From assembly GCA_038227875.1 (NCBI GenBank), contig JBBRPR010000001.1:256001-320000 (forward strand): DNA of 64,000 nt, in the 5' to 3' direction. Origin of the DNA: Planctomycetota bacterium (GTDB taxonomy: Bacteria > Planctomycetota > SZUA-567 > H5-PLA8). Below, piece by piece: positions 12,099-22,974 of the stretch (position 1 is the stretch's first letter; each line of letters begins with the position of its first letter). The notes below the pieces were generated by a model. It was not told the DNA's origin. It saw only the letters and a program-made list of their open reading frames with translations, and did no database searches. The translations under genes and the position numbers were made by a program.

Positions 12099-12249
12099 AT
12101 AAAGCACTCGGATTTCGCGTCCATAAACACAGCACAATCGACGATACTCTAATATTCCCCGAGTCGGCTTGCCTTCCAAGATGGGCAACCTATACTCCGG
12201 TTTTGGTGAAGACTGATCGGTGATCGGCAATGAGTCCCGCGGAAGGCCC

Positions 12250-14985
12250 ATGAATTCGTCCACTCCGGAAACGATCGGCAGCTTCCGGATCCTGGCCAAA
12301 ATTGGCCAAGGCGGCATGGGCACGGTTTACCGTGCGGTGCACGGCACGCTCGAACGTCCCGTTGCGCTGAAAATTCTCCCCAACGAATTCGCCAACAATC
12401 CCGAATACGTGATGCGCTTTCTCCGCGAAGCGCGCACGGTCGCGGCACTGCGTCACGACAACATCGTTCACGTCTACGACGCCGGCGAACAGGGCGGCGC
12501 GTACTTTATCGCGATGGAATTGATCGACGGCTGCAACCTCGGCACCTACGCCGACGAGCACAAAAACGTCAGCGAAAAAGACGGACTGGAACTGCTCCTG
12601 CAGGCCGCGCGGGGCTTGTCGGCCGCGCATTCCAAGGGGCTGGTCCACCGCGACATTAAGCCGGAAAATCTACTGCTGGGCACCGACAACATTTTGCGCA
12701 TCGTCGATTTTGGTCTCGTGATGGAATCGACGTCGACGACGCAACTGACCGCGACGGGCGCGTGCCTGGGCACGCCGATGTACATGAGCCCCGAGCAGGC
12801 CGACGGCGAAAACGCCGATGCGCGCACCGACATTTATTCACTGGGCGTGACGTTCTTTCGCGTTTTCACCGGACAGACTCCGTTCACTTCGCCGACGGTG
12901 ATGAACCTGCTCTTCAAACACAAGTTCGAAGCGCCGCCGGAACCGAATTCGATCCGGCCGGATCTCTCCACCAACATCAACAGCCTTCTGCTCCACATGC
13001 TCGCCAAGCGCCGTGAAGACCGGCCGCAGACGGCGCAGAACCTGATCGAGATGATTGAGACGATCAAGCAGGGCAAGAACATTCCGCCGCCGCCCAAGTT
13101 CGTGCCGCATGCCGCCATGAACGCGGGTGCCGCAACCGAGTTGAATATTCCCGGTGCCGCGTCTGTCCGCCGCGACCCCAACAGCAGCAATTCCGATGGT
13201 CGCCGCCGCGCGCCGATATTGGGAATCCTGGTGATCGGCCTGGTGCTGGCGGTGATGGTGACGCTCTTCTACGTCGTCAGCCACACGTCGTCGCCGCCGG
13301 TCGAGAACATCACCGACACAGGCGTCGCCAAGAATATGTCGACGGCGACGAACACCGCCACGAACGCGCTTCCCGTGCGCAACGACCCGCCGCCCGACGA
13401 TGCGCTCAAGCGCGGCGACACCGCGTACGCGGCCGGAAAATACCGCGACGCGCTGGAAGAGTACAAGATCGGCCAGAAGTTGCAGCCCCGCAGCGACGAA
13501 CTTGCCGGACGAATTCACAAGGCCGAACGCGCCATCGCGCTCACCGATTTGATGGACAAGGGCTCCGGGTTGGAAGCCAACGGCCAGTGGGAAGACGCGC
13601 TGACGCAGTATACGGCGGCGAAGCTTTACGACGACGGCACGGCCGCGCAGCAGCACATCGACGGCGTCAATCAGAAGCTGGCCGAGCAGCGGCAGCTCGA
13701 CGCCTCGAACAAGAACGCTTCGCGCGACGCGGAATTGAAAAAGGCCGAGCTGGCGGAAAAGTCGATGCGCTACGACATCGCCGCCGAACACTATTCACGC
13801 GGCGCGATGCTCTCCGATCCGGAACTGCGGGTGACCATCGCCGAGAAGGCCAAGGAATGCCGCCGGCAGGATTACCTCGCCCGTGCCAAGGCTTGCGAAG
13901 CGACCAGCAATTTCACCGATGCGGAGAACTTCTATAAGAAGGCGCTCGACATCAAGGACGACCCGCTGATCGCCGAGAAGATCGCAACGCTCCGCACCAA
14001 GCTCCAGCCGGCTCAGGTCGTCACGCCGCCCCCGCCGTTCCCGGCCGTGCAGACCGCCGTCATGACCGGCGACAAGGACTACAACGATGCGATGAGCGAC
14101 GCGCGCCTGGCGATGAACGCCAACGACTACAAAGGCGCGCGGATGAAATTGGATCTCGCCAGAAAACTGCAGCCGACCCAGCCGGAAACCGCCGCGCTGG
14201 GCCTGGAAGTCGACGGCCGCGAACTGATCTTCCAGGGCGATGCGCTGCAATCCAAGGGCAACGGCCAGCAGGCCGCGGTGCTCTACCGCAAGGCCGCTGT
14301 CGTCTGTCCGGATTTGAAAGCGCTCAGCGATGCGCGCATCGGCGCCGCCGGCGCGTTTTCAGTTCCGCCGCCGCCCCCGAACACCACAACAGCGCCGGCA
14401 GTGACCTCGCCGCTGGTGGAGCGCATCGATGCTTACGTCCGTGCTTACAAGGACGACGAAGCGACCGCCGACATCGCCAACGAAGTACGACTCGCGCCGC
14501 GCAACGATCGCGTTCAGCAGGTCAGTGACGCGCTGGAAAACATGCGCAACGGCGGCTGGATCTACCACGAGCTCTCGGCGCTCTGCGAAAAGGGCCGCGC
14601 CCAGGTTGCCGATGCGCTGGACTTGGAAGACGACGACCACACCAAGGCCGAACGCGTCCGCCTCAAGCGCATGATCGAAGAACTCAACGATAAAATCAGC
14701 CGCGGCCGCACGCTCTTTTTAAATCACGATTACGACGGCGTGAAAGGCGCGCTGGCCACAGCCCGCACCGACGCGATTGAGACGGGCGCGAAGCTCAGTG
14801 CCGCCGCGGATTTCTTCACCAAGCGCGTCGATCACTTCAGCAAGCAGGGCGGGGTGACGGTGCCGATTGTCGGCATCAGTGTCTCCGGCAACCGCAAGAA
14901 AGCCGAACGCTACCAGCGCATCGTCGACGAGTTCCGCAAGTACGCCGAGCAGGCGAAGAATCTCAAGAAGTTCGGCGAGAACTGA
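12250..14985 (+). CDS. Membrane Ser/Thr protein kinase with extracytoplasmic TPR-like repeats
   Basis: GQGGMGTVY, VALK, HRDIKPEN, DFG, GTPMYMSPE; one TM; helical repeats. Confidence 0.93.
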   Translation: MNSSTPETIGSFRILAKIGQGGMGTVYRAVHGTLERPVALKILPNEFANNPEYVMRFLREARTVAALRHDNIVHVYDAGEQGGAYFIAMELIDGCNLGTYADEHKNVSEKDGLELLLQAARGLSAAHSKGLVHRDIKPENLLLGTDNILRIVDFGLVMESTSTTQLTATGACLGTPMYMSPEQADGENADARTDIYSLGVTFFRVFTGQTPFTSPTVMNLLFKHKFEAPPEPNSIRPDLSTNINSLLLHMLAKRREDRPQTAQNLIEMIETIKQGKNIPPPPKFVPHAAMNAGAATELNIPGAASVRRDPNSSNSDGRRRAPILGILVIGLVLAVMVTLFYVVSHTSSPPVENITDTGVAKNMSTATNTATNALPVRNDPPPDDALKRGDTAYAAGKYRDALEEYKIGQKLQPRSDELAGRIHKAERAIALTDLMDKGSGLEANGQWEDALTQYTAAKLYDDGTAAQQHIDGVNQKLAEQRQLDASNKNASRDAELKKAELAEKSMRYDIAAEHYSRGAMLSDPELRVTIAEKAKECRRQDYLARAKACEATSNFTDAENFYKKALDIKDDPLIAEKIATLRTKLQPAQVVTPPPPFPAVQTAVMTGDKDYNDAMSDARLAMNANDYKGARMKLDLARKLQPTQPETAALGLEVDGRELIFQGDALQSKGNGQQAAVLYRKAAVVCPDLKALSDARIGAAGAFSVPPPPPNTTTAPAVTSPLVERIDAYVRAYKDDEATADIANEVRLAPRNDRVQQVSDALENMRNGGWIYHELSALCEKGRAQVADALDLEDDDHTKAERVRLKRMIEELNDKISRGRTLFLNHDYDGVKGALATARTDAIETGAKLSAAADFFTKRVDHFSKQGGVTVPIVGISVSGNRKKAERYQRIVDEFRKYAEQAKNLKKFGEN

Positions 14986-15114
14986 AGTCCGTCTTCGGAC
15001 TTTATTAGCACAAAAAATACAGGGCTCATATTTTCTTAACCATACCGTAAAACGCGACGATACAGTGGACGTGCCATCCTCTATAGTTCAGCCGTGCACC
15101 TACGGGAGAAACAC

Positions 15115-16023
15115 GTGGAACTGCAGCGCTTTGCTTTCTCAACCAACGCCTACAGCCGCCATTCGTTAAAGAAGGCGTTGAAGCGGATTGCCAAATTCGG
15201 TTTCAAAGGCGTCGAGATTCTCGCCGACAAGCCGCACGCGTGGCTCGATAGTTTCACGCCGCGCGACGTCACGCGCATTCAGCGCCAGTTGGAACGTCTC
15301 GACCTTTTTGTCTCGAATATCAACGCCAACTGCACGTTTGGATTCTGGACCGACGCTCCGCCGGAACCGTTCTTCGAACCGTCACTGATCTCCCGCAGCC
15401 GCGAACTTCGCGAATGGCGCATCGCCTACACCAAGAAAGCGCTCCGACTGGGCAAGGAACTGGGCGCGCACAACGTCTCGATCACCACCGGCAAGGCGCT
15501 CAACGGCGTCCCTCCGGAAAAGGCGCAGAAGCTGTTGGAAGAAGGTCTGTCGCGCCTGCTGGAAGAAGCCGAACACCTCGGACAGAAACTGTCGATCGAA
15601 TACGAACCGGCGCTCTTCGTTGAAACCACCGCCGAACTCAAAGCGCTGCTGGTCAAACTCAACTCGCCGTTTCTCGGCGCCAATCTGGATCTCGGCCACG
15701 TCGACGTGATCGGCGAAGACCCGTGCCATGCGATCCGTGCGCTGAAGGGCCGCATCTTCAACATCCATCTGGAAGACATCCGTGCCCACAAGCATTACCA
15801 CCGCATTCCCGGCGACGGCGACATCGACTTCCGCGCGATCTTCCGCGAGCTCGACGCCATCGACTACACCGGCCCGCTCACGTGGGAACTGTACACCTAC
15901 GATGAGCGTCCGGACGAAGCTTGCGAACGCACCTACAAGTATCTGCGCACGCTGTTGCTGGAACGAAAATTGAGCCAGGCCGCGCGCAAAGCGGCGAAGA
16001 AGAAGCCCGCTTCGAAAAAGTAG
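15115..16023 (+). CDS. Sugar phosphate isomerase/epimerase (xylose isomerase-like TIM barrel)
   Basis: IEYEP, NLDLGH, IHLED, HRIPGDGDIDF, WELY metal-binding motifs; GTG start after GGGAG. Confidence 0.88.
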   Translation: MELQRFAFSTNAYSRHSLKKALKRIAKFGFKGVEILADKPHAWLDSFTPRDVTRIQRQLERLDLFVSNINANCTFGFWTDAPPEPFFEPSLISRSRELREWRIAYTKKALRLGKELGAHNVSITTGKALNGVPPEKAQKLLEEGLSRLLEEAEHLGQKLSIEYEPALFVETTAELKALLVKLNSPFLGANLDLGHVDVIGEDPCHAIRALKGRIFNIHLEDIRAHKHYHRIPGDGDIDFRAIFRELDAIDYTGPLTWELYTYDERPDEACERTYKYLRTLLLERKLSQAARKAAKKKPASKK

Positions 16024-16029
16024 TCCGCC

Positions 16030-16389
16030 TCACGCGAACAGTTTCAGCGCTGATTCGAGATCCATCGCCACGGTCAGCGCCGCGCTGGCCGGCAGCAGTT
16101 CGAACACCTGCCTGACCGTCTCCGACGGATTCATCAGCACCACCGTGCCGTGTTCATTCGATGCCTTGCGCCGCGCCGCGAGAAAGACGTTCACGCCGGC
16201 CGACGTGAGGAAGTCGATGTCGGCGAGGTCGATGATGATCCGCGACTCGCCGTGGTAGATCAGCCTATCGAGCTTGGATTCGAGCACGCTATAAGTGTGG
16301 CTGTCGAGCGTCCCGTGGACGCTGAGCATCACGATGCCCTGTTCGTCGAGAAAGCGGGACTTTACGGTCAGAGAAGTCATCGTCATCAT
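16030..16389 (-). CDS. STAS-domain anti-sigma factor antagonist
   Basis: GTLDS, IIDLADIDFLTSAG; AGGAGG RBS. Confidence 0.9.
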   Translation of the reverse strand: MMTMTSLTVKSRFLDEQGIVMLSVHGTLDSHTYSVLESKLDRLIYHGESRIIIDLADIDFLTSAGVNVFLAARRKASNEHGTVVLMNPSETVRQVFELLPASAALTVAMDLESALKLFA

Positions 16390-16771
16390 GGTAACCTCCT
16401 GGGCATTGCAGCTGTTCACGTCGTTGCGTTCTCTACACGCCTATTAAATGTGAGAGGGCGCGGCGTGTCGGTACGTAGGACTACGTATTTTAAAGTCGGC
16501 AGGATTTAGCTATGAAGCGGAAGTTGTTTTAGCTGCACTTGAGCACAGTACTGCCGGATGGTCGACCGTGAATATTCAGGAGTTGGGGCCGACTAGGTCC
16601 AAAGAGTGATTAGCATAGGGACAATTGTCCCCATGTTGGATATTGACCACGTCGTGAATTTTCTACGTGGTTAAAAACCAACATTTGAGTGCGTTGCTCC
16701 CTTCGACCACCTGGCCAAAGGTCCATTCGGATTCATCACGCATCAATCATTGTTCTGAATTGAAGGACGCC

Positions 16772-17191
16772 TCATCCCGCGCGCGGGGTGTCCTTGCACG
16801 TGTCGCAGAGATAATTCTGCGTGTCGCAGCCGCGGACGCGCTTCTCCAGCAGTTCCAGGATCAGGTCATCGATGCCCAGCGTTGGCGTGACGTGGTAGCG
16901 CGTCGACGGATGTGCGACCGCGGCTTCGGCCGTCAGGCGCGGAATGTCGTGCGTCCAGTGTTTGCCCGGTCCGAGAAAGAATGGGCAGACAACCACGCGC
17001 TCCGCGCCGCGTTCGACGCACTTGGCATACGCGGTGGCGATCGACGGCTCAGCCAATTCCATGTGCGCCGGCTCGACGATGCCGTAGCGCTCTTTGAAAC
17101 GTTCCGCAAACAGCGCGGCCACCTGCTCCAGCATCTGGTTGCTTTCCACGCGGCGTGAGCCGTGATCGACAATGACGATTCCGTTGCGCAA
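16772..17191 (-). CDS. CbiX/SirB-family small chelatase
   Basis: DHGSRR, AHMELAEPSI, PFFLGPGKHW..DIP; TTG start inferred. Confidence 0.88.
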   Translation of the reverse strand: MRNGIVIVDHGSRRVESNQMLEQVAALFAERFKERYGIVEPAHMELAEPSIATAYAKCVERGAERVVVCPFFLGPGKHWTHDIPRLTAEAAVAHPSTRYHVTPTLGIDDLILELLEKRVRGCDTQNYLCDTCKDTPRAG

Positions 17192-17493
17192 GATGATGAT
17201 CTCCCACCAACGTTTATAGCAGGCACGTGATCCCGGTAAAGCAGAGCGATGATTTGGCTCGCGACAGGAACTTTTAAGGTTGTCAATTCGCGCACTGACA
17301 GGTTGCGCCAAAAATCCGCGTAACGCATTGTTTTCAGTCCGATTGCGCACGGTAGTGAATGTAAGATGCGTTTGGGTTCAGGCTGATTGAATTGTTCTCA
17401 AAATCTGCCGCTTTGTTGCCATAGCGCCAATTCATCGACGAGTAGTACAGATGGACAGACTGCGGAATTCATTTCTGATAGGAGATCCAGAAC

Positions 17494-18882
17494 ATGTCGC
17501 TATCCCGGATCCTCACCGTACTTGTTGCCTTCGTGGTGCTCGACTGCATTGCGGCGGAACCTGCGCCGGCCAAGCCGTCGTTGGATTGGCCGAATTTTCT
17601 CGGACCGAATCGTGATGCCACCGCCAACGACAAGGGCTTGCTGCACGAATGGCCTGCGGACGGTCCGCCAGTACTCTGGAAAGCACCCATTGGCATTGGC
17701 TGGGCGTCGATCTCCGTCGCCGGCGACGATGTCGTCGTCGCGGCGATGGACGGTCCCGGCGAAACGGTGCGCTGCCTGGATGCCAGGACCGGCAAGGAGA
17801 CATGGAAGCACGGCTACCAGCTCGGCGCGCCGACGTGGGCCTGGGGTGTGGGCTGGGACAAGGGCGGCACGCGCTGCACCCCCGCCATTTCCGACAAATT
17901 TATCTGGACCTGCGGCATCATCGGCGACTGCTTCTGCCTGGATCGCAAGACCGGAGCAGTCGTCTGGCGGCGCGGATTCCTGGATGGTCAGAAGCCCAAA
18001 AATCCTGGCGACTGGAAAGGCTACGTCGCCTCGCCGATCATCGTCGGCAACACTTTATTCTGGAGCGCCTCGCAGAGCGGCACGGAAGCCACAGCCATCG
18101 CGTGGGCCGCGGACACCGGAAAGGACCTGTGGACCTACAAGGATACACTCAAACCCGGGTCGCGGGGCGGAAACGGGCTTGGCGGGGTGGCCAAGTTTGG
18201 AGGAGAGGACTGCTTCGTGCTCGTCGCCAACAAGGATTTGAAAGCGATTCGCACGACGGACGGCAAGGAAGTCTGGAAGCAGGAATTCTTCGCCGGCCGC
18301 GGCATCGGCATTCCCACGCCGCTGGTTGTCGGCAATGACATCGTTTGCATGCCGGACTTGGATTTCGCATACATGATCGAAGTCGATCGCACGCAGAATC
18401 CCGTGCCGCAGGGCAAGAAGGTCTGGCGGGTCAATCATCTGGCCAAGCGCTGGGGCGATGACGACCCCTACGTTTCCTTCTACCATAACTGGGTCCATCA
18501 CGACGGCTATCTGTACGGCTTCGTCTGGCCGGAGTTGGATATGGGGACGGGAGGCTTCGGGAAATCGCCGGCCTATCTGATCTGCGTGGAATTGAAGACG
18601 GGAAAACTAATGTGGTCGGAAGGTGGTTTCAAACAAGGCTGTTCGCTCATGACTGCCGACGGCATGCTCTTCGCCCGGGCGCATCAGAAGATGGTGCTGG
18701 TCGAATGCAATCCCAAAGCATATACGCTGAAGGGCAAGCTCGAAAACCTGCATGCCCTATCCAACGACACCAATCCCGGGCAGATCGATTGGGTGATGCC
18801 GTCGATCGCCAACGGACGGCTTTACCTGCGGCTGCCGACGGAATTGATCTGCTACGACATACACGACCCCAAGGCGAAGTAA
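17494..18882 (+). CDS. Secreted PQQ-binding-like beta-propeller protein
   Basis: Signal peptide, DWPNFLGPNRD, repeated CLDxxTGxxxW, terminal IANGRLYLR..LICYD. Confidence 0.9.
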   Translation: MSLSRILTVLVAFVVLDCIAAEPAPAKPSLDWPNFLGPNRDATANDKGLLHEWPADGPPVLWKAPIGIGWASISVAGDDVVVAAMDGPGETVRCLDARTGKETWKHGYQLGAPTWAWGVGWDKGGTRCTPAISDKFIWTCGIIGDCFCLDRKTGAVVWRRGFLDGQKPKNPGDWKGYVASPIIVGNTLFWSASQSGTEATAIAWAADTGKDLWTYKDTLKPGSRGGNGLGGVAKFGGEDCFVLVANKDLKAIRTTDGKEVWKQEFFAGRGIGIPTPLVVGNDIVCMPDLDFAYMIEVDRTQNPVPQGKKVWRVNHLAKRWGDDDPYVSFYHNWVHHDGYLYGFVWPELDMGTGGFGKSPAYLICVELKTGKLMWSEGGFKQGCSLMTADGMLFARAHQKMVLVECNPKAYTLKGKLENLHALSNDTNPGQIDWVMPSIANGRLYLRLPTELICYDIHDPKAK

Positions 18883-18937
18883 TTGCCCTGGGCTGTGACG
18901 ATCCAATGGGAATCGCAGGAATCGAACGTGGGAGACG

Positions 18938-19660
18938 TTACTTGCCGAGTTCCAGGCGCAGCGCCAGAGCTTCGGGCAGTCCGGCTTCGATGATCTTCCG
19001 GCCGGCGGCTTTGATGTCGTACGGGACGCGGTGGAGCGTCACCAGCTGCTGCTCGGAGTCGTACACCGCGAAGCTGGCGCGCGGGTCTTCGTTGCGCGGC
19101 TGTCCGACGGAACCAATGTTGACCAGCGTTTTCCCTTCCGGGTTGATGCGGATTTCCTGGTCCATCGTGTAGGTCATCGGGACCGTGTCGAAAAACGCCA
19201 GCGGAATGTGGGTGTGCCCGTAGAACAACAGCGGCTTGTCGAGACACTCAAACGAAAGTTCCGCGTCGAAAATGGTGGTGATGTAGTTGAAGACTTCCGG
19301 GCTGTGCGCGCTGCCGTGCGCCAGGGTGAAGTCTTCGAAGTGGCAGATGAAGGGCAGGTTGGCCAGCCACTTTTTCTCTTCTTCACTCAGATGCGTCTCG
19401 GTCCAGTGCGCAACCTGCTTGGCGAAGATGTTGAAGAATTCGGTGTCCAGCTTGCCGCAGGCGGCGTGGTCGTGGTTGCCGGCCAGGCAGATCACGCACT
19501 TTTCGCGGACGGTGGCGATGCAGCGGCTGGGTTCAGCGCCATAACCCACGACGTCTCCGGTACACAGGTAGACGTCGACCTTCTCTTCCTGGAGAACTTT
19601 CATGACCGCTTCGAGCGCGTCGTAGTTGCCGTGGATGTCGCCGAAAATTCCGTAACGCAA
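18938..19660 (-). CDS. Metallophosphoesterase (calcineurin-like)
   Basis: DIHGN, GDVVGYG, GNHD, GHTH, NIGSVGQPR; TTG start inferred. Confidence 0.92.
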   Translation of the reverse strand: MRYGIFGDIHGNYDALEAVMKVLQEEKVDVYLCTGDVVGYGAEPSRCIATVREKCVICLAGNHDHAACGKLDTEFFNIFAKQVAHWTETHLSEEEKKWLANLPFICHFEDFTLAHGSAHSPEVFNYITTIFDAELSFECLDKPLLFYGHTHIPLAFFDTVPMTYTMDQEIRINPEGKTLVNIGSVGQPRNEDPRASFAVYDSEQQLVTLHRVPYDIKAAGRKIIEAGLPEALALRLELGK

Positions 19661-19862
19661 AGCTATGTGACCTCGTCGAGCGCGATGGCGCGGGAACAGC
19701 GGGTTGTGACAAGGATCAAGATTATGAAATCTACGCCCCGGGTCAAAACGTTTTTCGTTAATTGCGGACTCAACCAGCGGTTGCTTGAACAACTTCGCGA
19801 CAACGGTTAACTTTGCGCTCTCGACAGTCAGGCCTAACAAAATTGAAAGGACAACCCTTCTC

Positions 19863-21179
19863 ATGCTTGATGAATTGAAGCGCGCCGACCCCGATGTGTT
19901 CAATGCCGTGCGTTCGGAAGTCCGGCGCCAGCAGACACAGCTGGAAATGATCGCCAGCGAAAACCACGTCTCTCCGGCGATCCTGGAAGCCGTCGGCTCG
20001 GTGCTGACCAACAAGTACGCCGAAGGCTACCCCGGCAAGCGCTACTACGGCGGCTGCGAATTCGTCGACATCGCCGAAAACATCGCCCGCGACCGCGCCA
20101 AGAAGCTCTTCGGCGCCGAGTACGCCAACGTCCAGCCGCATTCCGGCTCGACGGCGAACATGGCCGTCTACTTCTCCTTCTTAAAGCCCGGCGACAAGGT
20201 CCTCGGCATGGATCTCTCGCACGGCGGCCATTTGACGCACGGTTCGGCAGTGAACTTTTCCGGCCAGCTCTACAAGTTCGTCGCATATGGCGTCGACAAG
20301 ACCACGGAAAAGCTCGATTACGACCAGGTCGCCGAAGTCGCCAAAAAAGAGCAGCCGAAGATGATCACCGTCGGCGCGTCGGCGTACTCGCGGCAGATCG
20401 ATTACGCGCGCTTCCGCCAGATCGCCGATTCCGTCGGCGCGTTTCTCTTCGCCGACATCGCTCACCCGGCCGGCCTGATCGCGGCGGGGATGCTGCCCAG
20501 CCCGCTGCCGCACGCTCACGTCACCACCACGACGACACACAAAACCCTGCGCGGACCGCGCGGCGGCTTGATCCTGATGGGCAAGGATTTTGAAAATCCG
20601 TTCGGCGCGAAAGCCGCCAAGAGCGGGCGCACGAAGATGATGTCCGAACTTGTCGACAGCATGATCATCCCCGGCATCCAGGGCGGACCGCTGATGCACG
20701 TGATCGCCGGCAAGGCCGTCGGCTTCGGCGAAAATCTTCAGCCGTCGTTCAAAACGTACGCGGCGCAGGTGATCAAGAACGCCCAGGCGCTGGCCAACGC
20801 GCTGATCAAGCGCGGCTACCACGTGATCTCCGGTGGCACGGACAATCACTTGATGCTGATCGACCTGCGCAACAAGAACATCTCCGGCAAGAAAGCCAGT
20901 ACGCTGCTGGACCATCTGGGTATCACCGTCAACGCCAACTCGGTGCCCTACGACACCGGCTCAGCGCTGGATCCCAACGGCATCCGCATCGGCTCGCCGG
21001 CCTGCACGACTCGCGGCATGAAGGAAGCGGAATTCGAACGGATAAGCGGGATCATCGACGAAGCGATCTCGAATCCGACCGACACCGCGATCCATTCCAA
21101 GCTGCGGCAGCAGACAATGGAACTCTGCGACGCGTTCCCGCTGTATTCGCCGATGATGAAGCATTTGTTCGGCGAGTAA
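19863..21179 (+). CDS. glyA: Serine hydroxymethyltransferase
   Basis: [41 protein letters not shown]. Confidence 0.98.
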   Translation: MLDELKRADPDVFNAVRSEVRRQQTQLEMIASENHVSPAILEAVGSVLTNKYAEGYPGKRYYGGCEFVDIAENIARDRAKKLFGAEYANVQPHSGSTANMAVYFSFLKPGDKVLGMDLSHGGHLTHGSAVNFSGQLYKFVAYGVDKTTEKLDYDQVAEVAKKEQPKMITVGASAYSRQIDYARFRQIADSVGAFLFADIAHPAGLIAAGMLPSPLPHAHVTTTTTHKTLRGPRGGLILMGKDFENPFGAKAAKSGRTKMMSELVDSMIIPGIQGGPLMHVIAGKAVGFGENLQPSFKTYAAQVIKNAQALANALIKRGYHVISGGTDNHLMLIDLRNKNISGKKASTLLDHLGITVNANSVPYDTGSALDPNGIRIGSPACTTRGMKEAEFERISGIIDEAISNPTDTAIHSKLRQQTMELCDAFPLYSPMMKHLFGE

Positions 21180-21252
21180 GTAGTTAGTCCGCCGGCACCC
21201 TGCCGGAGTTACCTAAAGCTACCGCTGGAACGCAGTGGTAGAGGAGCCGCCG

Positions 21253-21984
21253 ATGAAAACGCATTGCTTATTCATGCTGTGCATGGCGTTCGCGGCTCTG
21301 TTGAGTGTGCGGGTCTTCGCGGAAGCGGAGGAGGCCCCGCCGCCGCCCGATGCGCCGGTCGACAAGCCCAGCGAAGATACGATCCGCAAGCGGTTTCTGG
21401 TTTCTTATCAGACGGCGAAAAATCCGGCGGCGAAGGCGTCTGTGGTTTCGATGCTGAAGGGCTTGACGGAGAAGGAATCGCGGCGATTGCTGGCGGGGAT
21501 GCTCGGCGATCACGACGAAGATGTGCGTATCGCAGCCTGCCGGGCGATGGCGCAGACGCCCGACGCCGACGGGTACTTTGTCAAACCGTTGATGGGCGCG
21601 CTAACCGATGCGTCCGATTTTGTGCGTATCGGCGCGGCCGACGCGCTGGGCTCGGCGAAGATTCGCGGCGACGCGACCAAGGCGCTGGTCTATGCGCTGA
21701 CCGTGGCCGTTGGGGGCGTCAACGATGCGGTCGACGACAAGCGCGCGGCGCAGGTCATCGCCGCATATAATGGAGCGCTGGAACGGCTCAGTTCGCGGCA
21801 CAGCAAGGACAAGGAACCGCGCAACATCGCGTCGTTCTGGGTCGATTATTGGAAGCAGAACGAGGACGAAATTCGCGCGAAAGACAAGGATTTGGTCGGC
21901 GTGGCGCCCGAACCGGTGCGACCGGCGGGCTTGGAACCGGATTCGTTCGACAAGCCTGAAAAGAAAACAGATCCAAAGAAATAG
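21253..21984 (+). CDS. Secreted HEAT-repeat protein
   Basis: Signal peptide; LGDHDEDVRIAACRAM and LTDASDFVRIGAADALG repeats. Confidence 0.8.
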   Translation: MKTHCLFMLCMAFAALLSVRVFAEAEEAPPPPDAPVDKPSEDTIRKRFLVSYQTAKNPAAKASVVSMLKGLTEKESRRLLAGMLGDHDEDVRIAACRAMAQTPDADGYFVKPLMGALTDASDFVRIGAADALGSAKIRGDATKALVYALTVAVGGVNDAVDDKRAAQVIAAYNGALERLSSRHSKDKEPRNIASFWVDYWKQNEDEIRAKDKDLVGVAPEPVRPAGLEPDSFDKPEKKTDPKK

Positions 21985-22050
21985 CTGCAACCGGCCAGCC
22001 TGCGCGCTATCATGCTCAGCAGGCCGGGCAGGAACTCATTTTCTATCATC

Positions 22051-22974
22051 ATGACTCAAGTTAACAGTCAGACCCCAACTCAGGTTGGCATCGCTCCGCT
22101 CGGGCCGCTGCCGTCGCTTGATGAAAAACATTTGAAGCTCGACGGCGTCGACACGGCCGATCACGGCCGGTTGGAAGCGTTCGTTCCCAGCTCGGCCGAC
22201 TACCATCCCACCGATCCCAACGCGCCGGCGCTGGTTCTTGTTCCGGGACTGGGCATGGATGGTCTCGGGTTTCTGCGCCAGTTGCCGATTGGGCCGCACG
22301 CCCATCTCCACTTTTTCCAGACGCCCAACGATCCCGTGCGCGACGAACAGGGTCTGCTCCGCTTCGGCCGTTACGTCGAAGAATACATCCTCGCGCGAAA
22401 ACTCGATCAGCGGCCTGGCGGCGTGATCCTCGGCGGCTGCTCGATGGGCGGCGCAATCAGCCTGGCCGTGGCATTGCGCGGTCGCGTGAAACTTCGCGGC
22501 CTCGTGCTGCTTGGCACTTTCGGTTCTTGCCTGCATCTGCCGAAGTGGCAGCGCATCGCCGCACCGCTGGCGTGGTTCGTACCCTTGCGCGCGGGGCGCC
22601 GGGTGTTCTGGCACATCGTGGCGCGCAGCAACTTTTTTGGCCAGATCAAACGTGACGAAGCCAGCTGGCTGGTCTCCTGCAAGCTCGAACGCACGCAGCG
22701 CTACTTCGCCAACGCCGTGAAAGCGCTGACCACGCAGGAGCAGATCGCCGCATCGCGCGCGTTGAAGCTGCCGACGCTCATCGTTCACGGCACGAAAGAC
22801 CACGTCCTGCCGCACGCGGCAGGTGTGGAATTGGCGCAGAATATTTCAGGCGCGCATTTCGTCACGGTGGATGAAGCCGGACATGCCGTCTTCTTCACCG
22901 ACCACGACGTCACCAACCGCGAGATCGTGGGGTTGATTCAGCGTATCACGAGTCAGTCCGCCAACGGCGCTTAA
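22051..22974 (+). CDS. Alpha/beta hydrolase
   Basis: PGLG, GCSMGG nucleophile elbow, HGTKDHVLP, AGH. Confidence 0.9.
   Translation: MTQVNSQTPTQVGIAPLGPLPSLDEKHLKLDGVDTADHGRLEAFVPSSADYHPTDPNAPALVLVPGLGMDGLGFLRQLPIGPHAHLHFFQTPNDPVRDEQGLLRFGRYVEEYILARKLDQRPGGVILGGCSMGGAISLAVALRGRVKLRGLVLLGTFGSCLHLPKWQRIAAPLAWFVPLRAGRRVFWHIVARSNFFGQIKRDEASWLVSCKLERTQRYFANAVKALTTQEQIAASRALKLPTLIVHGTKDHVLPHAAGVELAQNISGAHFVTVDEAGHAVFFTDHDVTNREIVGLIQRITSQSANGA

Noticed and set aside
19661..19862. ZTP or glycine riboswitch upstream of glyA
   Set aside because: No consensus aptamer elements seen; the region looks like divergent promoters.
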